64,000 nucleotides of DNA from Alphaproteobacteria bacterium (GTDB lineage Bacteria > Pseudomonadota > Alphaproteobacteria > MPNO01 > UBA830). The DNA lies in NCBI GenBank assembly GCA_964291215.2, contig OZ219791.1, forward strand, positions 3,296,001 to 3,360,000, read 5' to 3'. A model generated the notes under the pieces. That model did not search any database, was not told the DNA's origin, and was given only the letters and a program-made list of their open reading frames with translations. How positions within the stretch are numbered: the first letter of the stretch is position 1; each line of letters opens with the position of its first letter. Both the position numbers and the translations under genes were made by a program. This document shows, piece by piece, positions 1 to 11,381 of this stretch.

Positions 1-196
1 ACAGCTGCGTGCCCTTCGGCGACGCTCCCAAAAGGACTTCACCGGGGACATAGACACCCTCGCCGCTGCCCACTGAGCCAGCATCCGCCACCCGTGGCCA
101 AACCAGCGCCTTGTCGTCAGGGGAGGAGCCGGATGCGAACAGCGCACGTCCGGTTCTGTGCGGGGGGACCGGGGCAACCCGGTTCCCTACCGCGAT
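1..196 (+). mobile_element. 3' end of group II intron (degraded IEP tail, domains V-VI), inserted antisense in IS66
   Basis: DV GAGCCGGATGCG..CGCACGTCCGGTTC at ~126-156, DVI ending CCGCGAT at 196; homologous to 36256-36462. Confidence 0.9.
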
Positions 197-1486
197 GGTC
201 GTCTATGAAGCGCAGGTTCTCGTGTTTCACGAGACGTTCGTGCAGGTTGTGCGCGTTTGCGTCCACGTTTTCCTTTCGGCAGCGGCGGGATATCGGGCAG
301 TTCCCTGGCGCCCTGCGTGAGGATGGTGCGGTAGCGCTTGCGCACGGCCCGGCGTCGTTCAGGGTTTTGGATGCGCTCTTGTTGACCTTGTGGCAGGGAG
401 CAGGCTCTTCATAAGTCGCGCCCAGCGGTAGCCTCGACGACAAAGGTCAGTTCGCGCAGCAGGTGGCTGCCGCACAGCTGGTGGCTACACTGGCCCATGT
501 ACGAGGTCCAGCAGTCAGGACGCCCTTGTAGCACGGGATGATGCCGATCTCTTGCCTCCCGGCCGCGCTTGCGGTGCGGGAACTTGCACGTCAGGGTCCC
601 ACGACATGGAGCCACTTACTGTTGATCCGAAATCGTCGACATCGGGCGTTGCAGGAGGTGCGCCACGGCGGCCTCCTCCCATGACGCATCGTGAAAGCAT
701 AGCTGAGGCCTCGGAGAGCTTGATGCCGGAGATCGCCTGCACGAACGCGACGGCACGGCGCAGGGACAGCATTTGGGCGACCAGCAGGTTGATGACGAGG
801 GCCTGAATGCCGATGCCGTACTGCACGGGATGTTGTCGGGGAACCGGGCCTTGCACTTCGGGCATTCCTTGATCTCGGCGCGGCGCTCGACGACCTCGAA
901 CACGATGTCATAGAGGACGCGGCGCTCCCGATCGACGGGGCCGTCAGCGCCGCAGGCGTCGCAGGCCGCGACCGTTTCCTCGACGATGGCAGGTTGTCGC
1001 CCATCTGCCGGTTCGGCTTCGGGCCGTTGCTCCCGGCACGCTCTTGTCCGTCTGTGACGGCGGCAGACCGGAGTTCCGGCTCGTGCGTGGTCTTCTCCAG
1101 AAGGACGACGATGATGATGTCGAGCAGGATGACGAGGACGCGGATGACGGCCTCTTCCGCCACCTTGCCGGCAGCGCCGCGATCCGGGTCTTGGCCGCTT
1201 CGAACTCCTCGCGCGCCGCGTTGACCGTCGCCATCACCCGGCCTTGCGCTTCATCAGCGCGCCGCCTCCGAGATGCGTTTCCACATACAGATCATGCGGG
1301 GGCTGGAGCCCCGGAAGCAGCTGGCACAGCCCGCTCGTCGCCTTCGATCCAAAGTAGCCCACTGGCGGTCCCCGTCGTTCTCGATGACCACCACTAAGCG
1401 AATCGGCATGCAGTGTCAAATCTCCACGAAAACCCGTTCGTTGCTCTACCCCGACATCAAGCCGGAACCAGGGGGTGAGCAGTTAC
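197..1486 (-). mobile_element. IS66-family element, degraded (copy 1)
   Basis: IR GTAACTGCTCACCCCC at 1471-1486 (rc); TnpC fragments (CPKC zinc finger, AHNLHERL); homologous to 21755 and 41606 copies. Confidence 0.85.
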
Positions 1487-3125
1487 GATTTTTTGCAGTT
1501 TTCGCTGGCTTTCCTGTACTGAAGTTGTCATGGTGCGGGGATGTCGGTTCACAAGCACATCGCGTCCTGTTTGATTCACGTCGCAGCTCCGGAAGGGTCT
1601 GTCCGAGTCATATGAGGTCGAGGTTCGCGAAGCCTGAGGAGCATCCGCTGCGTTGATGGACGACTATCTCGGGTTTCGCCGTCTGGCGGGGCTGCGCCAT
1701 ATTGCGTCCTTCAGGGAGCAGTGGTCTGGCCGGGGCCTTCAAAGTGCCGCGACCGGTGGCTGGAAGCCGGAGCAGCAGTGGCTTGATCTGACAACACGCG
1801 ACTGCTTGCGGCGCCGGGAACGTTTCCGAACCTCGCCTCCTTCTTTCTTGCGACGCGGCGGCTGGCCGACGACTGGGCTGCGGCCACTAGGTGGCGGAGA
1901 CGTTCTGCGATCCGGAGCGTTTTGCGGGCACAAGGCGGCGGGCTGGCGTGCCAGGGGGTTTGCCCGCGGGGCTGCACCGGGCCCCATGGCAAGGAGATTT
2001 TTGTTGTGCGGCGCGACGGCTGCTGTCGCAGGCGCTGCGGTGGCGCCGCCTGCCTCCTCGCTCCCCGGGGTTCCGAAGTGATGTGTTCGCTGCACGACGA
2101 GCTGGCGGCGATCGAGGACTTCCGCCGCGCAGGAAGCACACGGTGTGCTCACGTTCTCGCCGAGCTTGCGAACATGAAAGGCAGCTGCGCAGTTTGCGCG
2201 GTCGCTGTCCCAGGATGAGCTCAGGGCCATCGGCGGAACCCAAGGACGGGGCTGCGCGAGCCGCCCTCCAAGGCGACCCTCCACCGGGCAGTTGATCGAT
2301 CCCGAGGCGCTCGAGGACATGCTCGGTCGCGGGCTCGCCCGGGCGCTTGCCGCCGACGGCAAGCGCATCCGCGGTGCCAACCGCCACCACGAGACCGTGG
2401 CCCTCACGCCTCCGGCGCACCCTTCGCGCTGTTGAACTTTGACGACGGCGAGCTGGCGGCCACCTCCTCGAGCGCACCGATGTTCGCGGCAAGGTGATCG
2501 CCAGGCGCTGCGGCGCAGACCATGTCTTCCCGGTCAAGGGCGCCCGAAACCTTCGACGGCATCGACCGGGAGACGGATGGCCGCTTCAAGGAGGCAAGGC
2601 CCGCCTCGAGCAGCGCTCGATACGTGCCGCTCAAGGGCTTGATCAACTACCTCGGCAGATCGCCCGCATGCTGCCGCAAGCCGCCGGGAAAGAGCGCCAG
2701 CGGCGCAGCGAGCGGCAACGACTGCACCGGTACATCAGCTCGATGCGCAACACGCGTCGCCAGAGGAACTGCTGCGGCCGCGGGCCGTGGAAAACATGAA
2801 CCACCGAGACTGCGTCTTCGGCGAGGACGCCTGCCTGACCCGCAAACCGCGTCAGCCTCGACAACATCGCGCTCGCGGTGATCTTCGCCAACCGACGCGA
2901 GAGCCTCGCCGAAACACGGCGGCAGTTCGACCGCCGGGAAGCCGTCGCAGCCCTGAGCGCCAATGGTGTCCGGCCGATTCCCGGACGCCGCCCACAACCC
3001 GCCCACGCGCCGATAACGCCGTCGGCGACGACCGCGGACGGCTCCGAAGCCGGAAAACCCGGCACGCCGTGAAACCTCCGGACAGCTGAAGACAGCAAAA
3101 TTGAATGCAGCATGAGAAACGCCTG
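1487..3125 (+). mobile_element. DUF4338-ISAs1 element, heavily degraded (copy A), left end truncated by IS66
   Basis: Colinear with 37854-39925; ISAs1 motifs DGKRIRG, VKG.PETF, VENMNH.DCVFGED. Confidence 0.85.
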
Positions 3126-3601
3126 CCTGACGGGGTCGCGCTGCGTCCGGGCGGTGGCATCCGCCTTGGGACAGGATTCTCGAGCGTGCCATCGCTTCCC
3201 ACGAAGACAGGCCGCCGCTCCAGCCCGCAAGGCGCGGACGACAAAAACGCCGCATCGGTCACAACCTCGCGCTCCCGCTCCGCAAGCACAAGGACGGGTG
3301 CCTGCGCTTCCTCACCGACCCCCGTTCTCCAACAACCAGGCCGAGCGCGATCTCCGGATGGGCAAGCTGCGGCAGAAGATCTCGGGCGGCTTCTGCTCCA
3401 TGCAAGATGCCCGCGATTTCGCCAACTTGCGATCCCACCGCCCGAAAACAGGACTGGAATGTCCTCGAAACGCTGGCCCACTCCGACCCCATCCAGCTGA
3501 TCCCGAAACCGCGCTTGTGAAATCCCTCCTCGGCGCCACCAGACTGGAACCATCAATCCACCGCATGTGAGCGCTCGGCGAAATCAGACCTGGGCAGTTA
3601 C
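3126..3601 (+). mobile_element. IS66-family 3' fragment (second subfamily)
   Basis: PFSNNQAERDLRMGKLRQKISGGF motif; IR CCTGGGCAGTTAC ending 3601. Confidence 0.8.
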
Positions 3602-3617
3602 AGCAACAGTATTGCGC

Positions 3618-4442
3618 CTAGGAAGCGCGGCGGCTCTCCTGAATGATGTTCGCGTCGGCATAGGCCTGTTTCCAATATCTGACCGCCTCCATGCAGGCAG
3701 GGTCGAGGTCGGAGCGCGGTTCGGGATCGTAATCCCAGTGGCCATACCGGTCGGTGCCGCGCACCAGGCTTGCCGTGCGGCGGCCGAGCACACACCGGGT
3801 ACGGGTCGGAAGAAAGGTGAACGACATGCCGAGACGCCGGTCGTTCGAGGTGTTGGGCGGCGAGCTGTGGAGCATGCGTTCGTGATGCATCGAAAACTGC
3901 CCGGCACGGAGCGGCATGAAGACTGCCGCGCTGTCGTCGAGCCCTTCGATGGACAGGCCGTGTGCGAGCAGGTTTTTCGGGTCGTAGGTCTCGACATGCT
4001 GCTGGTCTTCCCACCTGTGGCTCTCGGGGAGCACGCGCATGCAGCCGTTCTCGGGCGTGGCGTCGGTGAAGGCGAGCCAGAGCGTGATCACGTCATGCGG
4101 ATCGAGACTGTAATAGGCGGAGTCCTGATGCCAGGAAACGAATTTCCGGTCTCCGGCATCCTTGAACCAGAAGGTCGAGAGATAGAGGAGTATGTCCGGT
4201 CCGATCAGGTCCTCGACGGCATCGAGCAGTCTGGGATGGCGGGCGATTTCCCAGAGCCACCTGAACCCGAGATGCACCTTGATTCGCAGGTGCGACGAGA
4301 TCGGCCCGTCGATGGTCGCCTCATACGCCTCCAGCCGCATGCGGCATTCAGCCGCCTCTTCTGCCGTCAGGCAGTCGAAAGGAAAGACATAGCCCTCGTT
4401 CCAGAACTGGTCGACCTGGTCGCTTGTGAGAGTGCGGAGCAT
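3618..4442 (-). CDS. Phytanoyl-CoA dioxygenase family (Fe/2OG) protein
   Basis: WHQD..H facial triad, ENGCMRVLPESH. Confidence 0.9.
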   Translation of the reverse strand: MLRTLTSDQVDQFWNEGYVFPFDCLTAEEAAECRMRLEAYEATIDGPISSHLRIKVHLGFRWLWEIARHPRLLDAVEDLIGPDILLYLSTFWFKDAGDRKFVSWHQDSAYYSLDPHDVITLWLAFTDATPENGCMRVLPESHRWEDQQHVETYDPKNLLAHGLSIEGLDDSAAVFMPLRAGQFSMHHERMLHSSPPNTSNDRRLGMSFTFLPTRTRCVLGRRTASLVRGTDRYGHWDYDPEPRSDLDPACMEAVRYWKQAYADANIIQESRRAS

Positions 4443-4617
4443 GGCCTCGCTCCCTAGCTTTCATTGATACAACCGTAGCACACGATACGCGGGAACGGCA
4501 GGGCGGGGACAGGCGCGCCGGGTGCGCGATCTCTCGGACGGCGGTTTGCCGGACCGGGAAATGGCTGTTATGTCTGCACCGCAACAATGCAGCTGGTAAA
4601 AGAGTCTGGTCAGCGAC

Positions 4618-5256
4618 GTGAAACTCATCTGTCTTGACATGGAGGGGGTTCTCACCCCCGAGATCTGGATCGAACTGGCCGAGCGCAGCGGCGTCGACGA
4701 GCTCCGGCGGACAACCCGCGATGAGCCTGACTACGGCGCACTCATGAAGTACCGCATCGATGTGCTCGACCGCCACGGGCTCGACATGACCGCGCTCAAG
4801 CCGGTCATCGATTCGCTCGATCCGCTCCCGGGCGCTCTCGAATTCCTCGACGAGTTGCGTAGCCGCCACCAGGTGGTCATCCTGTCCGACACGTTCCGGG
4901 AATTCGTGGGGCCCTTGATGGCGAAGCTTGGGCGGCCGACCCTCTTCTGCCATCAACTCCTGATCGGCGGGAACGGGCGGATCAGCGGATACAGGCAGCG
5001 CATGCCTGATCACAAGCGTGCTGCGGTCATGGCGTTCCAGGGACTCAGCTTCACCGTCTATGCCGCCGGCGATTCCTACAACGACACCCGGATGCTCGCT
5101 GCGGCGGATGCCGGTTTCCTGTTTCGTCCGCCGCCCGGCGTGATCGAAGAGTTTCCGGAATTTCCGGTCCTGGGCGAGTATTCGGAGATGCTGGAGGCCT
5201 TCGCGGCGCCAGCGCCGCGGGAAGAACCGAGGGAACGCAGACTCGGGGGGATGTGA
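4618..5256 (+). CDS. thrH: Phosphoserine phosphatase/homoserine phosphotransferase
   Basis: CLDMEGVLTPEIW, GDSYNDT HAD motifs. Confidence 0.92.
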   Translation: MKLICLDMEGVLTPEIWIELAERSGVDELRRTTRDEPDYGALMKYRIDVLDRHGLDMTALKPVIDSLDPLPGALEFLDELRSRHQVVILSDTFREFVGPLMAKLGRPTLFCHQLLIGGNGRISGYRQRMPDHKRAAVMAFQGLSFTVYAAGDSYNDTRMLAAADAGFLFRPPPGVIEEFPEFPVLGEYSEMLEAFAAPAPREEPRERRLGGM

Positions 5257-5259
5257 ACG

Positions 5260-6522
5260 ATGGATGAGGTTCGCGCGGAGAAGACGGCGGACCACGAGCC
5301 GTTGCGCCGCCGAAGCGTCGGCGTTCGGGTCGGAAGCGTGGTTATCGGGGGAGGGGCGCCGATCGTGGTCCAGTCGATGACGGACACCGATACCGCCGAT
5401 GTCGAGGCCACGGTGCGTCAGGTTGCCGAACTCGCCCGCGCCGGCTCCGAGATCGTGCGCATCACCGTGGACCGCGACGAGGCGGCAAGGGCGGTTCCCA
5501 GAATTCGCGACCGCCTGGACCAGATGGACGTCAACGTGCCGTTGGTCGGCGACTTCCACTATATCGGACACAAGCTCCTTTCCGAGAATCCGGCCTGTGC
5601 CGAGGCGCTCGCCAAATACCGCATCAATCCCGGCAATGTCGGGTTCCGGGAAAAGCGCGACCGGCAATTCTCCGCCATGATCGAGATTGCCAACCGCAAC
5701 GCCAGGCCAGTGCGTATCGGCGTCAACTGGGGTTCCCTCGACCAGGAGCTGCTGACCAGGCTGATGGACGAGAACGCGTCCGCCGGCCGCCCGAAGGACG
5801 CCTCCGCCGTCACGCGCGAGGCGATGGTCATGTCCGGCCTTCTCTCGGCTGCGCGCGCCGAGGAGCTCGGCATGCCGAGAGACCGCATCATCATTTCGGC
5901 CAAGGTTTCGGCAATCCAGCACCTGATTGCGGTCTACCGCGATCTCGCCGCCCGCTGCGACTACGCGCTCCATCTCGGTCTGACGGAAGCGGGAATGGGA
6001 ACCAAGGGGATCGTCGCCTCGGCCGCGGGCATGGGCATCCTGCTCCAGGACGGCATCGGCGATACCGTGCGGATGTCGCTCACGCCCGAGCCTCGCGGCG
6101 ACCGGACCCGCGAGGTCATCGTCGCCCAGGAACTGCTGCAGACCATGGGGCTGAGGTCGTTCCTGCCGCTGGTGGCCTCCTGTCCGGGATGCGGCCGCAC
6201 GACATCGAGCTTCTTCCGGGAACTCGCGCAGCAAATTCAGGATCATGTTTGCGGCAGCATGCCCGAGTGGAGACGGAAATATCCCGGCGTCGAGAACCTG
6301 AACGTTGCGGTGATGGGATGCATCGTCAACGGTCCCGGCGAATCGCGGCACGCCGATATCGGGATCAGCCTGCCCGGCACCGGCGAAAGTCCCGTGGTGC
6401 CCGTCTTCATCGATGGCGAGAGGAAGATGACGCTGCGCGGCGCCGGAATCGCGGACGAATTTCTGGAAATTGTCGAGACCTATATCGAAGGCCGTTACGG
6501 CGCCAGTCCGGGCGGCGGCTGA
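5260..6522 (+). CDS. ispG: HMBPP synthase
   Basis: [29 protein letters not shown]. Confidence 0.97.
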   Translation: MDEVRAEKTADHEPLRRRSVGVRVGSVVIGGGAPIVVQSMTDTDTADVEATVRQVAELARAGSEIVRITVDRDEAARAVPRIRDRLDQMDVNVPLVGDFHYIGHKLLSENPACAEALAKYRINPGNVGFREKRDRQFSAMIEIANRNARPVRIGVNWGSLDQELLTRLMDENASAGRPKDASAVTREAMVMSGLLSAARAEELGMPRDRIIISAKVSAIQHLIAVYRDLAARCDYALHLGLTEAGMGTKGIVASAAGMGILLQDGIGDTVRMSLTPEPRGDRTREVIVAQELLQTMGLRSFLPLVASCPGCGRTTSSFFRELAQQIQDHVCGSMPEWRRKYPGVENLNVAVMGCIVNGPGESRHADIGISLPGTGESPVVPVFIDGERKMTLRGAGIADEFLEIVETYIEGRYGASPGGG

Positions 6523-6525
6523 TAC

Positions 6526-7332
6526 ATGTTCATAGAAACCCGCCGGCTCGATGATTCCAGGCTGATGTGCTTTGTCCCGGGCGAGCCGGTTCTGTCGCCC
6601 GGAACCCCGGAGGTGGATGAGGAAAGCGCGGCGTCATCGTCGCCGCTGGCGCGGCGCCTGTTGTCCATCGACGGGGTCGAGGGGGTAACGCTGAGCCTCG
6701 ACGAAATCACGGTGCGACGATCGGACGGGTTCGAGTGGTATATACTCAAGCCGCCGGTTCTCGGCGCGATAATGACCCATTACGGCTCTGGCGATCCGGT
6801 CCTGGCGGCTCCGGAAATTATCGAGACGCTGGCCTTCCTCGACGCCCGAATCCGGCCCGCGGCGGAGGCCTATGGCGGCGGCCTGCGCTTTTGCGGCCTC
6901 GAATCAGGGGTGCTCACGCTGGAGCTGACAGGAGGCGGAGGCGCCCGCAAGGACATGATCGCGAACATCATCCACCATCACCTGCCGCATGTGCGGGATG
7001 TCGCGTGGCACGGCGAGACGCCGCCGGCCGCGCTTCCCGACGAACTGCTCGAAGCCGGAGCCCTCGAGGGGCCGGAGGCCGACGCGGTTACGGAGTTCCT
7101 TGAAGAGCGCGTCAATCCGGCAGTTGCCGCCCATGGCGGCCACATTTCCCTGCTCGGAGTGGTCGATCACATCGCCTATGTCCGCATGGAAGGCGGATGC
7201 CAGGGCTGCTCGGCCTCGGCACTCACGCTGCAGCAGGGGATCCGCGACGCTGTGATCGCGGAAATCGCCTCCATCCAAGACATTGTCGACGTCACCGCTC
7301 ACGCCGAAGGCCTGAACCCCTTCTACAGCTGA
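6526..7332 (+). CDS. Nfu/NifU-family Fe-S carrier
   Basis: Nfu N-terminal domain plus two NifU-C repeats, GGCQGC in the last. Confidence 0.85.
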   Translation: MFIETRRLDDSRLMCFVPGEPVLSPGTPEVDEESAASSSPLARRLLSIDGVEGVTLSLDEITVRRSDGFEWYILKPPVLGAIMTHYGSGDPVLAAPEIIETLAFLDARIRPAAEAYGGGLRFCGLESGVLTLELTGGGGARKDMIANIIHHHLPHVRDVAWHGETPPAALPDELLEAGALEGPEADAVTEFLEERVNPAVAAHGGHISLLGVVDHIAYVRMEGGCQGCSASALTLQQGIRDAVIAEIASIQDIVDVTAHAEGLNPFYS

Positions 7333-7345
7333 TCCGGCGCTGCGC

Positions 7346-8167
7346 CTACGCAGCCCGGGCCGCGCGCTCCTCGGCAGCTTTGAAATCGAACGGTTCGGGC
7401 TCGATGTCGCCGGCATAGATGGCGTCTATGCGCTCCTGGCAAAGCGGATAGGAGAACTGCCCGTTGCGCATCGGGATGCGCAGCCGAAGCAGGCGGACGA
7501 CCAGCTCAGTCAGCTGTTCCCACTCGTCCTCGGCCAGCCCCTCGTTGTCGAGCCCGACGATGCCCTGCAGCATGTGTCCGAACTCGTCTTCGTAGACCAG
7601 TCCGCAAGCCTTCGAGATCAGGTCGTTGGCGACGGCAAAGGGCCCGCCCTTGCCGCCGACGCGCATGCCTTCGCGAAAGAGCGTGCAGTAGCCGCCTTCG
7701 GAAAACTTCGACGCCCGGAGTCCCATGGTGCCGTGATCGGCGAGGACGCTGTAGCGCATTTCGGTGAGCGTCCGGTCCTCTTCCCAACCGTCGCTGGCCT
7801 GGGGGTCGAGCGCTGGTGCACCGTCGGGCCGAATGGCGTCATAGGCGTCCGCGAAGGCGCAGAAATGGCTGAACTCCTCGTAAAGTTCCTCCATCAGGTG
7901 GCGGACATGGTGACGGTCGACGCCGCGGTCAAGCTGGGGCAGCGCCTCGCCAATTTCCTTCAACGGCCCGTCGATGACGCCCATGTTGTCGAGTTCGCCG
8001 ACTCCTGACCCCTTGAGTTCCTTGAAGCACTGGAGCTGCAGCCAGCGAAGATCGGTCTCGACCGTCCGGCCCTCCCAGTCCCAATAGGTCCGAACGACTT
8101 CGGCCTCCCCGGCAAAAAGCGGTGCAGCGGCAGCGATCAGGCTGTAAAGTCCCGTGCTTCCGGACAT
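7346..8167 (-). CDS. Ferritin-like/di-iron helical protein, function unknown
   Basis: EEFSH and DEFGH ExxH motifs, clean ORF. Confidence 0.6.
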   Translation of the reverse strand: MSGSTGLYSLIAAAAPLFAGEAEVVRTYWDWEGRTVETDLRWLQLQCFKELKGSGVGELDNMGVIDGPLKEIGEALPQLDRGVDRHHVRHLMEELYEEFSHFCAFADAYDAIRPDGAPALDPQASDGWEEDRTLTEMRYSVLADHGTMGLRASKFSEGGYCTLFREGMRVGGKGGPFAVANDLISKACGLVYEDEFGHMLQGIVGLDNEGLAEDEWEQLTELVVRLLRLRIPMRNGQFSYPLCQERIDAIYAGDIEPEPFDFKAAEERAARAA

Positions 8168-8354
8168 CAGCTATTCTCCCGCGACATTGGCGCGATCAGC
8201 GGACATCTCCTCCGGGAAGGAGCCGCGGACGGCTTCCTTTTGATGTCCCAATCACCTATTGATGTCAAGGTCGTGGGCGGGACTCTTGCCGTGTATGCTG
8301 CTCCGCAGGTGTGGTCGACGCGGCGCCAGGCCATTCCGCGGGGCGGAGGAAGGC

Positions 8355-9110
8355 ATGAGTATCTGGGGCAAGATCATCGGCGGGACGCTGGGCTTTGCCG
8401 TCGGCGGGCCGCTTGGCGCGCTGATCGGCGCTGTCGCCGGTCACATGCTCGACAGGTCGAAGCGCGGCGGCGGCGATGACACGACGCTGCTCGGGCGCGG
8501 CGATGTCGATCTCCAGGTGGCTTTCACGGTCGCGTTTATCGCGCTAGCGGCGAAGCTTGCGAAGGTCGACGGGCAGGTCACCCGCGATGAGGTAGCCATC
8601 CTGAAGCGCATCTTCAACATACCCGAGCATGCCACGGGCGAAGTTGGTGCGATCTTCAACGAGGCGAAGAGGGATGCGGGCGGTTTCGAGCCCTATGCGG
8701 AGCAGATTGCCGCGCTGCTCGGCCACGACCGGTCGGTGCTCGAGGGGCTTGTCGGCGCCCTGCTGATGATCGCGCATGCCGACGGCGTCTATCACCCGGC
8801 CGAACGCGCCTATATCGGCGAGGTAGCGCGCATTTTCGGTTTCGGTCCTGCTGACGTACGGCGCATCGAACAGACCTTCGTTGTCGATGGTGCCTCGGCC
8901 GACAGCAATCCCTACGAGATCCTTGGCATTGATGCCGGCGCGGACGACCGCGAGGTCAGAGCGGCTTATCGCCGGCTCTTGCAGGAGAACCACCCCGACA
9001 AGCTCATGGCGCAGGGGCTGCCCGAGGAGTTCGTCGAGGTCGCCAACCGGAAAATGGCCGAGATCAATGCTGCCTACGACCGGATCAAGAAGGAACGCAA
9101 CCTGAACTGA
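8355..9110 (+). CDS. djlA: TerB + DnaJ co-chaperone
   Basis: MSIWGKIIGG TM, AKVDG, HPD motif. Confidence 0.9.
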   Translation: MSIWGKIIGGTLGFAVGGPLGALIGAVAGHMLDRSKRGGGDDTTLLGRGDVDLQVAFTVAFIALAAKLAKVDGQVTRDEVAILKRIFNIPEHATGEVGAIFNEAKRDAGGFEPYAEQIAALLGHDRSVLEGLVGALLMIAHADGVYHPAERAYIGEVARIFGFGPADVRRIEQTFVVDGASADSNPYEILGIDAGADDREVRAAYRRLLQENHPDKLMAQGLPEEFVEVANRKMAEINAAYDRIKKERNLN

Positions 9111-9145
9111 CGAGGCTCCGCCGCCAACGGATGCCGGGAGAGCGC

Positions 9146-9490
9146 ATGTCCGAAACGAACGTGGCCAGGATGGTCTATGTGACCGTTGGCAGCCCGGAGG
9201 AGGCCCGCGCCATTGGCAGGGTTCTCGTGGATGAGCGTCTTGCTGCCTGCGTGAACATCTTCGAGTTCATGACGTCGCTCTACCGCTGGGAAGGCGACTT
9301 GTGCGAGGACCGGGAGACGGTACTGATTGCCAAGACCCGCGCGGACCTCGTTGACGCGCTGACGAAACGGGTGGTTTCGCTCCACAGTTACGACTGCCCC
9401 TGCGTGGCCGTGCTGCCCGTTGTCGGCGGCAATGCGCGCTTTCTGGCCTGGATCGCGGACGAAACGGCGGACGACACTGTCGTCCCCTGA
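9146..9490 (+). CDS. cutA: Divalent-cation tolerance protein
   Basis: LAACVN, SLYRWEG, HSYDCP. Confidence 0.93.
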   Translation: MSETNVARMVYVTVGSPEEARAIGRVLVDERLAACVNIFEFMTSLYRWEGDLCEDRETVLIAKTRADLVDALTKRVVSLHSYDCPCVAVLPVVGGNARFLAWIADETADDTVVP

Positions 9491-9502
9491 TGGCATCCGC
9501 CT

Positions 9503-10813
9503 TCAGGAGGCCGCCCGGAGCGCCTGGTCGAGATCGCGGATGATGTCCTCGACGGTCTCAAGCCCGACAGATATCCGCACCACATCGGGGCCGGCTCCGG
9601 CCGCGATCTGCTGCGCTTCCGTGAGCTGGCGATGGGTCGTCGACGCCGGATGGAGAACCAGGCTCCGCGTGTCGCCCACATTGGCAAGATGCGAGAGGAG
9701 TTGGCAGTTCTCGACCAGCCGTGTGCCGGCTTCGTAGCCTCCCTCAAGGCCGAAGGTGAAGACCGACCCGCATCCCTTCGGCATGTACTTTTCTTTCCAT
9801 CCGTAGGACGGGCTCGACGGGAGTGCGGCGAAGGATACCCACGCTACGGCGGGGTGCGTGTCGAGAAAAGCGGCGACCTCGGACGCGTTGGCCACATGCC
9901 GTTCCATGCGCAGCGGCAAGGTCTCGATACCAGTGATCGTCATGAACGCGTTGGTCGGCGACAGCGTCGGGCCGAAGTCGCGCAGCGCCACCGCCCGCGC
10001 ACGCATCGTGAATCCGAAATCTCCAAACGTCTCGTAGAAGGTGAGGCCGTGATAGGCCTCGTCGGGGGTGGTAAGTGCTGGAAACTTGTCGTTCCTGGCC
10101 CAGTCGAACCGGCCCGATTCGACGATGACGCCGCCCATCGAGTTGCCATGTCCGTTGAGATATTTGGTGGTTGAGTGGATGACGATGTCGGCGCCGTGAT
10201 CTACGGGATTGAAGAGGCACGGCGTCGCGATGGTGTTGTCGACGATCAATGGAATGCCGGCCTCGTCGGCGATTCCGGCGATGGTCTCGATGTCGCCGAT
10301 GATGCTCGACGGGTTGGACACGGATTCGATGAAAATCGCCTTCGAGTTCTCCCTGAGCGCATCGCGGAACGTCGCGGGTTCGAGAGGGTCGGCAAAGCTA
10401 CAGTCCCATCCCAGTTTCCTGAAGGAGACGCCGAACTGGGTGATGGAACCGCCATAGAGATAGCGTGAGGCAACGAAGTGGTCGCCCGGTTCCATGAAGG
10501 TGAAGAAGGCAAGAAACTGCGCTGCATGGCCGGAGCCGGCCGCGCACGCAGCGCGGGCGTTCTCGAGGCTGGCGACGCGTTCCTCAAGCACGGCGACGGT
10601 GGGGTTGGTCAGCCGCGAATAGATGAAGCCGAAGGTCTGCAGATTGAACAGCGAGGCAGCATGGTCGACATCGTCGAAGACATAGGAGGTCGAGTGATGG
10701 ATCGGCGTGTTGCGCGCGCCGGTAAGCGCGTCGGGGGCGGCGCCGGCGTGGATGGCGCGGGTCTCGAAACCCCATGCCGGGCGGCCGGGGTCTGTTTCCG
10801 GCTGTTTGCTCAT
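9503..10813 (-). CDS. metY: O-acetylhomoserine aminocarboxypropyltransferase
   Basis: YSRLTNPT, HSTTKY (PLP Lys), HPASTTH. Confidence 0.92.
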   Translation of the reverse strand: MSKQPETDPGRPAWGFETRAIHAGAAPDALTGARNTPIHHSTSYVFDDVDHAASLFNLQTFGFIYSRLTNPTVAVLEERVASLENARAACAAGSGHAAQFLAFFTFMEPGDHFVASRYLYGGSITQFGVSFRKLGWDCSFADPLEPATFRDALRENSKAIFIESVSNPSSIIGDIETIAGIADEAGIPLIVDNTIATPCLFNPVDHGADIVIHSTTKYLNGHGNSMGGVIVESGRFDWARNDKFPALTTPDEAYHGLTFYETFGDFGFTMRARAVALRDFGPTLSPTNAFMTITGIETLPLRMERHVANASEVAAFLDTHPAVAWVSFAALPSSPSYGWKEKYMPKGCGSVFTFGLEGGYEAGTRLVENCQLLSHLANVGDTRSLVLHPASTTHRQLTEAQQIAAGAGPDVVRISVGLETVEDIIRDLDQALRAAS

Positions 10814-10838
10814 GGATCCGTTCTCTGCCGGCGCTGGC

Positions 10839-11381
10839 TCAGCGCCGCGCGGCCAGTCTCGGCCGTTTCGCCGAGATCACGCCGGTATTGATGCCGGACC
10901 ACGACAGCTCGTGGTGAAGGCGGGCAAACTCGATTTTGGGGCAGCGATCCATGATGACCGTGAGCCCGGCCGCTTCGGCGCGCGCCGCCGCCTCATGGTC
11001 GATGACGCCGAGCTGCATCCACACCGTCCGTATTCCCCGCTCGCCCCTGAGAGAGATTGCCTCGTCGACGATCGGCCCCACGGCATCCGGATGGCGGAAG
11101 ATATCGACCATGTCGAAGCTTTCCGGGATTTCGCCGAGCGTCGCGTAGCAGGTCATGTCATGGATCTCGGCGCCAGCCGAGCCGGGATTGACCGGGATGA
11201 CGCGGTAACCCTTCTCCTGGAGGTATTTCATCGCGAAACTGCTCGGCCGCACCCATCTTGCCGAGACGCCGACCATGGCAATCGTCGAGGTGCCCGCGAG
11301 TACCGCCCGGATCGCGGCATCGGTGTAGGAGAGGACCGGATCCGGGCGTCGTTTGCCGGCGGCGCGGGGCTGCACCTTCAT
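10839..11381 (-). CDS. CoA-binding protein
   Basis: IAMVGVS..RPS, VWMQLG, MDRCPK; ATGA overlap with upstream gene. Confidence 0.88.
   Translation of the reverse strand: MKVQPRAAGKRRPDPVLSYTDAAIRAVLAGTSTIAMVGVSARWVRPSSFAMKYLQEKGYRVIPVNPGSAGAEIHDMTCYATLGEIPESFDMVDIFRHPDAVGPIVDEAISLRGERGIRTVWMQLGVIDHEAAARAEAAGLTVIMDRCPKIEFARLHHELSWSGINTGVISAKRPRLAARR

Noticed and set aside
197-3601. Frameshifts explained as ordinary long-read homopolymer errors
   Set aside because: Gaps are 5-8 nt, not at homopolymers, shared between copies and absent from adjacent host genes; a repeat-specific assembly artefact still needs read-level exclusion.
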